From Dokdonella sp. (lineage in GTDB: Bacteria > Pseudomonadota > Gammaproteobacteria > Xanthomonadales > Rhodanobacteraceae), in contig JBDSPX010000110.1 of the NCBI GenBank assembly GCA_039930065.1, positions 1 through 43,154 on the forward strand: 43,154 nt of DNA, written 5' to 3'. Made by a program: the position numbers and the translations under genes. Position 1 is the first letter of the stretch; every line of letters begins with the position of its first letter. The notes beneath the pieces were generated by a model. It ran no database searches. It was not told the DNA's origin and saw only the letters and a program-made list of their open reading frames with translations. This document shows, one piece after another, positions 8,387-19,272 of this stretch.

Positions 8387-10357
8387 TCAAGTCTTTGCGG
8401 ATGCGCTCAGTTCGCTCAGCAATTTGCCGGCGAGGGCTTTCGGGGAACCGACGAAGCTGACCACGCCGGTCTCAATGACACCATCAACCATCGAGCTGAT
8501 AACGCAGGTTTCCGGATCCTGTGCGTAAACGGTGCCGCCGATCTCGGTCAGGTATCGACTGCCTTCTGCCGCATCTTCGGCCATGCCCGAAAAGATGATC
8601 GCGCCTGCCTGACCACCGAAACGATCGGCGACATCCTGCAGAACCTGATCGATCGATGGCGAGTTCGGACGGTCGGAGGATGACTGTGCCTCAAGAGTGA
8701 TCACCCCAGCGCGATCGACGCGCAGGCGGTGGGTCGTTGGCACAATGACAATGTCACCATGGCTCACGCGCTCTCCGTGTGACGGCGTGCGCACCGTCAA
8801 ATTGGTCGAACGCACGAGTTGCTGAGCCATGATTTCCATGAACTCAGCGCCCATATGCTGAGCCAGCAGAAACAGAGCCGGGAACTTGGCCGGAATATCG
8901 GCAAGAAATTCACGAACCGCTTCGGGACCACCAATCGACGCGCCCAGAACCCAGACGCGAGTAATCACAACTTTGTTCTCGGTATCGAGCCAGGATTCAC
9001 TCGTGGTACTACCGGATTTGGCATTGCCGGCCGCATGATGGGCGACAGCCTCCTCGATCGGGATCAGTTCGAGGGACATCTCGGCTTCGATTGAATCGTC
9101 GGCAACGGTATCGGCTTCGGGCGTCAAGTATTCCGCTGCACTGATCGTCTCGATGCCGAATGAAGCCTTTCCGGTTGTTGCTTTGCCATCGCCCGCTGTT
9201 TCGCCCTCCTCGACATCGAGGCTTGCCAGACTCCAGTCAAAGGCGGAGCCCAACTCAGGGATCTTTACCTCTTCGTCGCTCAATTCCGCCTTTTCGCCGC
9301 TCGGCTTTTCAGCAGGATCCGTCAAATCCAGATCAAGCAGCTGCAAGCCCGAAAGTTCGCTGCCCGTAGCGGCTGATTCGGCAGCCTCGATGGAACCGGC
9401 AAGCTCGGAATCAAGCGAGACAGAATCGGGTACCGGCTCGGATGCGATCTCGATCGATTCGATCGATGTCTCGTCTGCATCGGCAAAATCGTCGAGATCG
9501 CCGAACCCGAGCGTTGCATCCGAATGATCAGCAGACACATCGAAGGCTGCCATTTCGATCGTTTCATCGACATCGATCAGGTCAACTTCAGCTGTCGACG
9601 CCATCGGCTGCTCATCGCCAAAGGACAGTTCGGGCATCGACTCGTCGGCAAAATCGTCGAACTCGGACAGGTCGAGTGCAGGCATGGGAACCGTGTCGTC
9701 GACCGAATAGGGTCGTGGGGTCGATGCCGCAGGCTTGCTGACAAATGTTTCGAGAGGATCCGCTTCGGATTCAACCAGCAGCGCGGCAATATCGGCAAAC
9801 GGATCTTCGTCGTATTCGACATTGACCGACTGCTCGGCGAGGGCGACCGCGGGATCAGATATCTCGATCACTTCGATCGAGCCTTGGCCTTGCGGTAATG
9901 TTTCGTCGACGAACTCGTCCTCAGCGATTACGTCAGCGGCTAGCGCAGGGGTAGAGTTCGGAATGATTTTTGCAGCAGGTGGGGGCACGGGTTCCGCGCC
10001 TTCAGGCCGAGGCGGATCCGAATTCTCGTCGCCGAGAATCTTGGCGACGAGATGGCGCGCCCAGCGCGCCTGCTCCCAACCGGAAAGTTGGCTGGAAACT
10101 TGAGCCTCATTGAATATGACGTTGTAGCGCTCGTCGTCGAGGAGGGCGTAGATGTCGTCGAGGTGCGCGTCGGTCTCGGAATCCAGATTGACCACGACAA
10201 CGCGTGCGCCAGATTTCTCCAACGCATCGCGATCGAAATCAGCAGCCTGCGACTCATAGACAACCGGATTACCGGATTCAACCAACGCATCGCGCAGGTG
10301 GCGACCCGACTCACCGGCCTGAGTGAGCAGCGCAATCGACATCGTATCTTCACGCAT
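8387..10357 (-). CDS. chpB: CheB-type methylesterase ChpB with degenerate N-terminal receiver and long acidic linker
   Basis: C-terminal VLGASIGGPEA, LAQHM, PSID, FSGMAED, AQDPETCVISSM. ATG at 10357 overlaps the chpA stop; an alternative start is at 10342. Confidence 0.88.
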   Translation of the reverse strand: MREDTMSIALLTQAGESGRHLRDALVESGNPVVYESQAADFDRDALEKSGARVVVVNLDSETDAHLDDIYALLDDERYNVIFNEAQVSSQLSGWEQARWARHLVAKILGDENSDPPRPEGAEPVPPPAAKIIPNSTPALAADVIAEDEFVDETLPQGQGSIEVIEISDPAVALAEQSVNVEYDEDPFADIAALLVESEADPLETFVSKPAASTPRPYSVDDTVPMPALDLSEFDDFADESMPELSFGDEQPMASTAEVDLIDVDETIEMAAFDVSADHSDATLGFGDLDDFADADETSIESIEIASEPVPDSVSLDSELAGSIEAAESAATGSELSGLQLLDLDLTDPAEKPSGEKAELSDEEVKIPELGSAFDWSLASLDVEEGETAGDGKATTGKASFGIETISAAEYLTPEADTVADDSIEAEMSLELIPIEEAVAHHAAGNAKSGSTTSESWLDTENKVVITRVWVLGASIGGPEAVREFLADIPAKFPALFLLAQHMGAEFMEIMAQQLVRSTNLTVRTPSHGERVSHGDIVIVPTTHRLRVDRAGVITLEAQSSSDRPNSPSIDQVLQDVADRFGGQAGAIIFSGMAEDAAEGSRYLTEIGGTVYAQDPETCVISSMVDGVIETGVVSFVGSPKALAGKLLSELSASAKT

Positions 10358-13300
10358 TGGCACTGGTCGCCTTCAGAGTTTCCTGGACCTGACGCAGCAG
10401 GTCGGCTTCCTGGTAGGGCTTGCCGAGGTAGCGCTCGACACCGATTTCCAGCGCGCGCTGGCGATGCTTTTCACCGGTTCGCGACGTCACCATGATGATT
10501 GGCACGCGCTTCAAGCGCGCATCGTTGCGCATGTAGGTCGCCAACTCATAGCCGTCCATACGCGGCATTTCGATATCGAGCAGCATGAGATCGGGCACGG
10601 TGTCCTGCAGCTTTTCGACGGCATCGAGCCCATCTTTCGCGGTGACGACTTCCATGTCTGCGCGTTCGAGCACGCGCGTGGTGACTTTGCGCATCGTGAT
10701 CGAATCGTCGACGACCATGATGGTTGTCTTGCGCACAACCGCAGGCATTTCCACCGGCTGAAGACTTTCCACCAGCTCCTGTGAGACGTCGCCTGCCGCG
10801 AAACTCGCACGCAGCGATGCGACACGGCGCACAAGTGGAGCCAGATCGAGAATCATGATGACCGAACCGTCGCCCATGATCGTCGCACCAAAGATACCGG
10901 GCACCGAACTGATCTGTGGACCGACCGACTTGACCACGATTTCTCGTGAACCAACGACGCCATCAATTCGCACGGCGGCACGTTGATCACCCGTACGCGT
11001 CATCAGGAGCGGCAGCTGCGTCTCGTCGATCGCGCGACCTTGGGCGACGCCCAGCAATTGCGACAACTCGTAGATATTGAAATCTTCGCCCGCATAGTTA
11101 TACGTCGGCTCGCCACTCGTCACCCGGCGCGTGTAGTCATCGAGCGCGATGCGCACAACGCCTTGTACCGACGACATGGGCACGGCATAGGTCGACTCGC
11201 CGAGCTTTACCAGAATCGCCTGGGTCACTGCGAGGGTGAATGGCAAACGAATCGTGAAGGTGGTGCCGGTACCGGGAATCGAGTCGATGACCAGCGTACC
11301 GCCGAGCTGTTTGATCTCGCTGTGGACGACATCCATGCCGACGCCACGGCCGGAAAGCTGGGTAACCTGTTCGGCGGTAGAGAAACCGGTTTCGAGAACG
11401 AAACCGTAAAGATCACGATCGGAAAGATTCACATCGGGGCTGAGCAATCCGAGGCCAATCGCCTTGCGCCGGATCGCATCGCGATCCATGCCGCGGCCAT
11501 CGTCGCTGATGCGCAAGACCACTTCGGTCGACTCTCGCGAAACCCGAATGGTTACCGTGCCATCGAGCGGCTTGTTCGCCTCAAGGCGCTGCTGCGGCGT
11601 TTCAATGCCGTGCGCGAGCGCGTTACGCAACATGTGCTCGAACGGCGCCTTCATGCGCTCGAGCAGGTTGCGGTCCATTTCGCCTTGCGCGCCTTCCACC
11701 TTGAGCTGGGCGCGCTTGCCGAGTTCCTGAGCCGCCTGGCGAACCGTGCGCCGCAATGATGGGACCATCGAATCAAACGGCACCATGCGCGTGCGCATGA
11801 GACCTTCCTGCAGATCCGAGCTCACCCGTGACTGTTGCAGCAGCAAGGTTTCCGACTGGCGGGTCAGATCATCAAGCAAGCCCTGAATGGAGACCAGATC
11901 CGAGACCGATTCACCGAGCGCACGCGAGTATTGCTGCAACTGCGAGAAACGATCGAGTTCGAGCGGATCAAATACCTGCTCGACACCGCCGTCATGATGT
12001 TCACGCTGATAGCGCGCGATGATCTGCGCTTCCGTTTCGATTTCGAGCTTGCGCAACTGTTCGCGCAGACGACTGACGGTCTGCTCGAACTCGATCAGGT
12101 TGAATCGGAAGGTCGAGATCTGCTGTTCAAGGCGCGAACGATAGATCGAAACCTCACCGGCATAGTTGACCAGCGAGTCGAGCAGGTCCGAGCGGACGCG
12201 AATCATCTCCTGCGGCGCACGTGGCTCGTCTTCCGGCTCAAATGCAGGCATGGCGCGCGGTGTTGCAGGCACCACTTCCGCAGTCGTCTCTTGTTCTGCC
12301 ACTTGAGCGTGGCTTGTCGCAGCGGGCTGAACCAAGGCTTCGGAGAGAGTCTCGCCGGCGACCAGGTTCTCAAGCCTCGCAATCATGTTGTCAGGCATCG
12401 CAATCGCGTCACGCCGCGCAATGCGTTGTACCAGATGGTGCAAGGTGTCGTAACTGCGTTCGAGCGCCTCGACGGCAGCGAGATCCATGCTGCGATGACC
12501 GTCATACGTCGCATCAAGCAGCGACTCCATCGCATGCGTCAGATCGCCGATCGGGCCGATACCGGCCATGCGCGCACCGCCCTTGAGCGTATGCAGATCA
12601 CGCTGCAAGTTGACGATCAGCTCGCGGTCCTGCGGCGCTTCTCGCAACTGCGCCATGACCGAATCGGAGTGATCCAGGATGTCGTTGCCTTCCTGGACGA
12701 AAATATCGAGCAGATCCTGATCCATCTCGGGCAGTTCAAGACGGCCTTCGGGCTGGAGATCTTCCGCATAGGACGACGGATCAATTGCCATCGCCTCAAG
12801 CGACGCGTGCTCATCGACAGTTGCGGGCTCGTGAATATCGAGCACCTCGTTGGCGGCCGCGGCGGCCACCGGCTCAAACTCGACCGCCGGTGTGGATTCA
12901 AGCGTTGCTTCGGTGAAGAGTGCTTCACTGTCCTCGATCGGGAAAGCGGCTGACTCGTCCGCGGGTTCGCTCGCTATATCGGATGCTGGAGACTCAACCT
13001 CGACCGCGACGGTTTCTGCCGACGCATCGGCTTCGGACTCAAGCTCAGATTCGAGCAGGATTTCTTCGTCAAGCGGTAACGCATCAACCTCTTCGGCGCT
13101 GGAAATTTCAGCCGATTCGGCGGCTGAAAAATCTGCCGTTGGTGCATCCGCTGTCTCAATCACAAAATCAAGCAACTCCGAATCATCGAGCGTCGGCGAA
13201 GCGTGCGCCGCTGATGTTTCCTTGTCAGGCAAATCCGACAGCGCGCTTGCCGCTTCGAACAGTGAGTCGAAATCGGTATCCGCCGGAACCCCAATCGGGG

Positions 13301-16300
13301 GTGTCGCACTAGTGTGCGACGTCGCAGCAACAGCATCGGAAAGCGCGCGATCTTCCATGCCTTCGATAAGCGCACTGGTCAGATCCAGGTCGTCGAATTC
13401 ATGATCTGGCGAACGATCGTCGATGGATTCAAATTTGATCTCGTCCGCGTCATCGCCGGATGTCAGCTCGATCGTGTCCAGAGAATCGGAGGTGATGTCG
13501 TCGAGACTGATTTCCGCGAAGGGTTCGTTGATGGTCTCATCCGACTTTGCTTCAACTTCGACCAGATCGATCTCATCGTCCTGGTGGTAGAACTGCAATG
13601 CACTTTCCGGTTCGTGCAATGTGTCGCGCAGGGTCGTGATGCGTGCTGTCAGGTCGCTGGTGTCCGGGAGTTCGCGCTGACCGCGATCGAGACAGGCCAT
13701 GACCTCGCGAACCATGCTCGCCGAATCGCCAAGAATTGCGATGCCTTGAGCGTCAATCGGGGTCGCACTCGCGCGCATACGCTTCAGATATCCCTCGAGC
13801 GGAGAGAGCATCTGCGAAAGAGGGTCGATTTCGACCATCGCAATTGCACCGCTCAGGGTGTGTGCGGCTCGCAGCAATGGCTCGGAAACGAGCAAGGGCG
13901 AAGCGCCGACTTCTGCAAGGAAATCGTCAACCACCGCCAGATGCATGGCGGTCTCGCTTTTCAGAATATCAAATAGAACCGGATCAAGACCCGGCAGCGG
14001 GCCGGCAACAATCTCGGTGGGTTGGCGTGCTTCAAACTCCACGGGCGTGGGTAGTACCGTTCGCATTTTCGCGACGACCGGCGGCGCAGGTACGCGTCGC
14101 GTAACACGTCGAGTAACCATGCGCTTAATCGTCGCCTTGGTCACGGGCCGTGTTGGCACCGCGACCAGCTCACCGTCGCCAAGTCGTTCGGCCGTTTCAA
14201 TGATCGCCTGGAGGTCGACGTCCGGAGCACCCTCGCCGCGCAAAGCAGCAAGCTGACCCGGCAACGCATTGATCGCATGTTCAACAAGGGACAACACCTG
14301 GGCACTCGGCGCGACGGAGCGATCCAACACCCGATTGAGCAGGTTTTCAACCTTCCAACTGAATTCGCCAAGCGACAGAGCGCCAACGAGTCGTCCTGAT
14401 CCTTTCAGCGTATGGAAGGAGCGACGAATCGGTTTGACTTGTTCGAGGTCTTCCGGCTTTGAGCGCCACAGCGGAAACTGAGCTCGCAAATTATCAATTT
14501 CTTCCTGGACTTCTTCGATGAAAACATCTCGGATTTCGTCGTCGATCTCATTCGATGCCGTGTTCTGAAAGCTCGCGTCGGCGGCATCGGTTGAGGAAAC
14601 CTCTTCCTCGACCTCCTCCTCTATTTCCTCCTCGATTTCAATCCAGCGACTGCCATCGGCATCTACGTGCACACCCTCTTCTTCGACAAAGTCGGCATCA
14701 TCCGCGTCGACAATTCGATCATGAGTGGTTTCGGCGAGTCGAAGACCATCAACATCATGCTCGGATACGACAACTTCACCGGCCTCGCCGACAATCAGAC
14801 CATGCAAATCATCGCCTTCGGCGATTTCAAGGACACGATCAAGCTCTTCCGGCGATTCCATTTCGTCGCTCGTCTCCGCAACAGGGATCGCCGAGCGGTC
14901 GGATTCCGCGAAATCCAAGCCATCAAGGTTGAGCTCACTGCCGTCCGATGCGAAATCAGTGCGCAATGCCGCGCTTTGACCGAGGGGCAGATGCTCGCCC
15001 CAACTTGGATAATCGGATTCGGATATTGCGCCATCTTCATTTAGCGGCTGGATTTCCCGCTCCATGCCGAAAGTCGCAGCGTTGCCTGGAGAAGGTCCGT
15101 CATAGGCCATTGCCGCTGCTGCGGCCAAGGCATCCTGCGGACTGACCGGGCCTGATGAGTCGGACTGACCACCGGGGCCCGGTCCATCGCCACCCTCACC
15201 ATCGGGAATTGGCCAGTAGCCGAGAGACTCAAGGCTGGCGCGGGTGACATCGAGAATTTTCTGGCGGCCGCCGCGCTGATCGCGGGTTGCTTCAAGGTAA
15301 TACTCGATCGATGCCAGCGCATCCGCCAGCTTGTCCATCTGTTCTGCGGTAGGCACGCGTCGATGACGAATCAACTCCACTTCGACGAAACGCACGATGC
15401 CGGACATCAATTCCGCCGCAGTCCCGAGATCGAGCATGCGCAGCGCACCGGAAATTTCTTCCAGCAATCGAGGAATCTGTTCGACGCGCTCGTGATCCCA
15501 AGGTGACTCGATGAAGGCGATGACATCGTGCTTGGCTTGCTGGATGTTGACCGCCGCCTCGTGCATCAGCGCATCAAGAATCTTGCGCACTTCCGCCTTG
15601 GGCAATTCCATGCCCTCGTCAGCGGCGTCTTCATTCGTCGCACCGAGGCGTTCGATATGATCATCGAGCGAGGCCTCGACATAAAGCAGGGCGCCAGCTA
15701 CATCGAGCAAGGTACCTTCGTCGGCCTCGCGATGCCCTTGTGCGATTTCCTCGATCGTGGCGCGCTGTTCGGTAACGACCCGACGCGGAACACCAAGACC
15801 GAGCATGCCGAGGGTATCGCGAACGCGATCAAGCAACTCGACCTGACCGAGCAAGTCGGCAGGGTCGCGCTGCTGCGCGCGCAAATAGATGTCGAGTGCC
15901 TCCTTGACCCGCATCAAATCGTCCTTGATCGCGATCGATACCGTATCCAGCAAGGCGCGGTTATGACCGGATATGGAGCTTTTGGCGTGCTCGACTTCCC
16001 GATCAGTCGGCAGCAGCGAACTCAGTGCATAGGTATCGCGTATCTCGATGACCCGTGGCGACTGACTTCCAGAGTGAGCAATGTAATAAAGGAGATTCTG
16101 CACAAGAAGCTTTGGCGGCGAAATACGCATTCCCGCATCGCCGTCCTCGGCAAAGCGCCTGATTTCACGATCAACGCCACCGAACAACAGCTTCACTGCT
16201 GCGCTTGCTTCCAGGCTGCCGTCACTGACGGCATCGGCTACGCCAGCCGCAACCCAGAACAGGCGTCGGGAATCTTCTCCGGCGGCAACGGTCGTACGCA

Positions 16301-16901
16301 GGCGATCAAGCACGTCGCGCAGGCGCGCGGGGTGCTGCAGATCGCTGGATTCGCGAAACCACTTGAGCAAAGCGGCCTGGAAAGCCAGGCGCAGTCGCAG
16401 TGCCAGTCCACGCAGCGTCTTCAATGCGAGTGGCGCTGCCAAACCATTGGCGGCCTCGGGCAAGGCGATCGTCAAATCGGGTGCGAACAATGCCGAATCA
16501 GTGAGCAATTTTTCGCCGCGGCAGGCGCGCAAATCATTGAGCAGCGGCAACAGGACGATGGGAATGTCCTTGTGCCCGGTTTGCACGCGCTCGAGGTAGT
16601 CCGGCAGCTGAACCATGCCGCGCATCAGGACCGAGTAACCCTCATCGCGATGGGAAACCTTGTCAGCAAGCAACGCGTCGGCGAGGCGCTCCATTTCCTC
16701 GACCAGCATCGCAGCGCCGTATAGCTCGACCATGCGCAACGTGCCTTGCGCCTGATGCAGATAGGTCGCGCAGAAACGCATGAGACTCGAGTCGGTAGGC
16801 TCGTCGACATAGGCTTCGAGAGCCTGGCGAGCCTGTTTGAGCGTCTCGTCGAGTTCGCCCTTGACCCAGCTCAGCGTGGTGAAGTCATCGTGAAGTTTCA
16901 T
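10350..16901 (-). CDS. chpA: Multi-Hpt CheA-like hybrid kinase ChpA (PilL)
   Basis: Hpt His motifs LHQAQG, FHTLKGSG, AHTLSG, LHTLKGGA; HATPase HMLRNALAHG, DDGRG, SGRGVGMDVV; CheW domain; C-terminal receiver LLDIEMPRMDG. Confidence 0.96.
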   Translation of the reverse strand: MKLHDDFTTLSWVKGELDETLKQARQALEAYVDEPTDSSLMRFCATYLHQAQGTLRMVELYGAAMLVEEMERLADALLADKVSHRDEGYSVLMRGMVQLPDYLERVQTGHKDIPIVLLPLLNDLRACRGEKLLTDSALFAPDLTIALPEAANGLAAPLALKTLRGLALRLRLAFQAALLKWFRESSDLQHPARLRDVLDRLRTTVAAGEDSRRLFWVAAGVADAVSDGSLEASAAVKLLFGGVDREIRRFAEDGDAGMRISPPKLLVQNLLYYIAHSGSQSPRVIEIRDTYALSSLLPTDREVEHAKSSISGHNRALLDTVSIAIKDDLMRVKEALDIYLRAQQRDPADLLGQVELLDRVRDTLGMLGLGVPRRVVTEQRATIEEIAQGHREADEGTLLDVAGALLYVEASLDDHIERLGATNEDAADEGMELPKAEVRKILDALMHEAAVNIQQAKHDVIAFIESPWDHERVEQIPRLLEEISGALRMLDLGTAAELMSGIVRFVEVELIRHRRVPTAEQMDKLADALASIEYYLEATRDQRGGRQKILDVTRASLESLGYWPIPDGEGGDGPGPGGQSDSSGPVSPQDALAAAAAMAYDGPSPGNAATFGMEREIQPLNEDGAISESDYPSWGEHLPLGQSAALRTDFASDGSELNLDGLDFAESDRSAIPVAETSDEMESPEELDRVLEIAEGDDLHGLIVGEAGEVVVSEHDVDGLRLAETTHDRIVDADDADFVEEEGVHVDADGSRWIEIEEEIEEEVEEEVSSTDAADASFQNTASNEIDDEIRDVFIEEVQEEIDNLRAQFPLWRSKPEDLEQVKPIRRSFHTLKGSGRLVGALSLGEFSWKVENLLNRVLDRSVAPSAQVLSLVEHAINALPGQLAALRGEGAPDVDLQAIIETAERLGDGELVAVPTRPVTKATIKRMVTRRVTRRVPAPPVVAKMRTVLPTPVEFEARQPTEIVAGPLPGLDPVLFDILKSETAMHLAVVDDFLAEVGASPLLVSEPLLRAAHTLSGAIAMVEIDPLSQMLSPLEGYLKRMRASATPIDAQGIAILGDSASMVREVMACLDRGQRELPDTSDLTARITTLRDTLHEPESALQFYHQDDEIDLVEVEAKSDETINEPFAEISLDDITSDSLDTIELTSGDDADEIKFESIDDRSPDHEFDDLDLTSALIEGMEDRALSDAVAATSHTSATPPIGVPADTDFDSLFEAASALSDLPDKETSAAHASPTLDDSELLDFVIETADAPTADFSAAESAEISSAEEVDALPLDEEILLESELESEADASAETVAVEVESPASDIASEPADESAAFPIEDSEALFTEATLESTPAVEFEPVAAAAANEVLDIHEPATVDEHASLEAMAIDPSSYAEDLQPEGRLELPEMDQDLLDIFVQEGNDILDHSDSVMAQLREAPQDRELIVNLQRDLHTLKGGARMAGIGPIGDLTHAMESLLDATYDGHRSMDLAAVEALERSYDTLHHLVQRIARRDAIAMPDNMIARLENLVAGETLSEALVQPAATSHAQVAEQETTAEVVPATPRAMPAFEPEDEPRAPQEMIRVRSDLLDSLVNYAGEVSIYRSRLEQQISTFRFNLIEFEQTVSRLREQLRKLEIETEAQIIARYQREHHDGGVEQVFDPLELDRFSQLQQYSRALGESVSDLVSIQGLLDDLTRQSETLLLQQSRVSSDLQEGLMRTRMVPFDSMVPSLRRTVRQAAQELGKRAQLKVEGAQGEMDRNLLERMKAPFEHMLRNALAHGIETPQQRLEANKPLDGTVTIRVSRESTEVVLRISDDGRGMDRDAIRRKAIGLGLLSPDVNLSDRDLYGFVLETGFSTAEQVTQLSGRGVGMDVVHSEIKQLGGTLVIDSIPGTGTTFTIRLPFTLAVTQAILVKLGESTYAVPMSSVQGVVRIALDDYTRRVTSGEPTYNYAGEDFNIYELSQLLGVAQGRAIDETQLPLLMTRTGDQRAAVRIDGVVGSREIVVKSVGPQISSVPGIFGATIMGDGSVIMILDLAPLVRRVASLRASFAAGDVSQELVESLQPVEMPAVVRKTTIMVVDDSITMRKVTTRVLERADMEVVTAKDGLDAVEKLQDTVPDLMLLDIEMPRMDGYELATYMRNDARLKRVPIIMVTSRTGEKHRQRALEIGVERYLGKPYQEADLLRQVQETLKATSANA

Positions 16902-17154
16902 GGTTTTCGTTCGTCCTGGCGAAATCTGCCATTCACTCCCCTACGCTAACCAGATTGCCTTGAACCTTGCTCGGCGCACGCGACCCGTACCCGGTCCGAA
17001 CCCTCAAGCAAAGCTGCCAACTGGCTGCCCCCAGGCCGTTCCAATTGCTTGGCTCGGCCCAATCCAGTAGTGGGTCTGATACGGCAATTGCCGACTGTGG
17101 GTTGAGGTGGCAGGTTCTCCTTCGGTCTGAGAATCGTTACTACAAACCGGGGGT

Positions 17155-19209
17155 TCAGCCCGGCAGCTTGAAGTCGGCAACGGAACGACGCAGGTCGCCG
17201 GCAAGATGGGCGAGATTGCCGATCGATTCGGCGGTCTGGCTCGCACCAACCGAGGTCTGCGTAGTGATTTCCTGAATCACGTTCATCGTTGCGGAGATGT
17301 TGGTTGCCGCGGCGGACTGCTGGCTTGCCGCGGCGGAGATGCTCTGAATGAGGTCGGCAAGATCGTGTGAGACCTTCTCGATCTCACCGAGGGCAAGACC
17401 GGCATCCTCGGCCAGTCGTGCACCGGCCACGACCTCGGCCGTGGTCTGTTCCATCGAGCTGACCGCCTCGTTGGTGTCGGACTGAATCGTCTGCACGAGG
17501 GTTTCAATTCGCTTGGTCGCGTTTGACGCGCGCTCGGCCAGTCGCTGGACTTCATCGGCAACCACGGCAAAGCCGCGGCCGGCCTCACCGGCGGAGGCCG
17601 CTTGAATAGCAGCGTTCAGCGCAAGAATGTTGGTCTGTTCGGCGATGTCGTTGATCAGTTCGACGATCGATCCAATTTCCTGGGAGGATTCGCCGAGACG
17701 CTTGATTCGCTTCGAGGTTTCCTGGATCTGGTCACGAATCGAGTCCATGCCCTGAATCGTTTGACGCACAATCGCGGCGCCCTTGGCGGCGATCTGCACC
17801 GAGCGTTGCGCCACCTCGGCGCTCTCGGTCGAGTTCTTCGAAACCTCATCGATCGATACGGCGATTTCATTGATCGCGGCCGAAGCGGACGTGATCTGTT
17901 GCGCCTGATGCTCGGCGGCTTCAGCCAGATGCATCGCAGTTGCCTGGGTTTCCTGCGCGGCCGCGGATACCTGCACGGCGGTTTCGTTAATCGTGGTAAC
18001 CAGAGATCGCAGGGCCTCGACCGCGAAGTTGATCGAGTCCGCGATTGCCCCGGTAATATCCTCTGTGACGGTCGCCTTTACCGTGAGATCACCCTCAGCA
18101 AGGGAGCCCATTTCATCAAGCAGTCGCAGAATGGCTTCCTGGTTGCGCTGGTTGAGCTCGGCGGACATCTGATAGCGACTCTGCTGATCGCGAACCAGGG
18201 TGATACCGAGGAAAATAACGAGAACAATCGCGGCCGCCGCAGCAATAGCACCCCACAACTGATTCGGGAATGTACGCGTAGTCGATAGCGTGCTGAGTCG
18301 CGTAGCGACTTTACGTGCGTTAAGGAGCACGCTTTGGCTGTCCGTAAAGATCGCGTCGGAGGCCTGCTTGACCACCTGCAATCCGGTCGATGCGTCGATG
18401 ATCTTGCGCACGGGATCGTCAAGGCCATCCCATTGCTGGGACACATCGGTCAGAATCTGGCGCGCGCTGGCCTGATCGATCGGCTTGATGTTGAGGGTCG
18501 GCGCGCCATCGATAAGTCCGCCAAGCACCGAACGATAAAGCGCTGCATCACGCGAAAATCCGTCAGCTGCCGACTGTGCCTCTTCGCCACCTTGACCGAT
18601 TTCCTGGACACGACGAATCATGCGATCGGCCAGCAGCATCTGGCGTGTCGAGATGTAGACCTGTCCGGCGCCGCCGTTACGTTCGGTGAGGATGTTGACG
18701 ACCTCATTCATGCGCGAGTTCAGCACTGGCATTTTCGAGCTGAATTCGTTCGATGTCGTGGCTGTATCGAGGACGAGACTCTTGCCGTCGAGGATCTTGG
18801 TAGCGTTGGTCAGAACCGGCTCCCACGCCGTATTCAGTTCCTTGAGTTCCTTGGCGACGCCGGGCTCATCCGCGTAGCCAGGCATCCCTGCGTAAGGTGA
18901 AGTCGCGGGCGCATTGCCCTTGTTGAGATATTTCAGGTAGGAATCAATGTCGCGCGTGGTCTTGGCCAACTCGTCGAAAGCCAGCTCGTTGCCGCCTGCC
19001 GCGTTGGCTGCGTAAGTCGTCAAAGCCTGTGAAGCCACCTGGATCTCGGTGGTCAAGGCGCTGGCCTGTCGATCCTGGTTGCTCTTGATGGTCAAGTAAA
19101 TGAAGTCAGCCGCCGCGAAGGCGATCGACAGAACCAGCAACACGATCAAGATGGTGTTGAGGCTGCCCGTTCGCTCGGAGCCCGAGAGTGCGCTGGAAGT
19201 TGTGCTCAT
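17155..19209 (-). CDS. pilJ: Methyl-accepting chemotaxis protein PilJ
   Basis: Two TM segments, HAMP (LAEGDLTV), MCP tip [38 protein letters not shown]. Confidence 0.96.
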   Translation of the reverse strand: MSTTSSALSGSERTGSLNTILIVLLVLSIAFAAADFIYLTIKSNQDRQASALTTEIQVASQALTTYAANAAGGNELAFDELAKTTRDIDSYLKYLNKGNAPATSPYAGMPGYADEPGVAKELKELNTAWEPVLTNATKILDGKSLVLDTATTSNEFSSKMPVLNSRMNEVVNILTERNGGAGQVYISTRQMLLADRMIRRVQEIGQGGEEAQSAADGFSRDAALYRSVLGGLIDGAPTLNIKPIDQASARQILTDVSQQWDGLDDPVRKIIDASTGLQVVKQASDAIFTDSQSVLLNARKVATRLSTLSTTRTFPNQLWGAIAAAAAIVLVIFLGITLVRDQQSRYQMSAELNQRNQEAILRLLDEMGSLAEGDLTVKATVTEDITGAIADSINFAVEALRSLVTTINETAVQVSAAAQETQATAMHLAEAAEHQAQQITSASAAINEIAVSIDEVSKNSTESAEVAQRSVQIAAKGAAIVRQTIQGMDSIRDQIQETSKRIKRLGESSQEIGSIVELINDIAEQTNILALNAAIQAASAGEAGRGFAVVADEVQRLAERASNATKRIETLVQTIQSDTNEAVSSMEQTTAEVVAGARLAEDAGLALGEIEKVSHDLADLIQSISAAASQQSAAATNISATMNVIQEITTQTSVGASQTAESIGNLAHLAGDLRRSVADFKLPG

Positions 19210-19272
19210 CTTGTTACCTCACCCCTAAGTTGCACATATCCGGTCGAACCCGTATGGGCGGCCGGTATTCTG

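Noticed and set aside
10983-16724. Long plus-strand ORFs inside chpA (258, 372, 398 aa)
   Set aside because: Antisense shadows expected from high-GC codon bias; no motifs.
16947-17123. GAAGGAG followed by a CTG-initiated frame of about 55 codons in the pilJ-chpA spacer
   Set aside because: Non-canonical start, poor SD spacing and no recognisable protein features.
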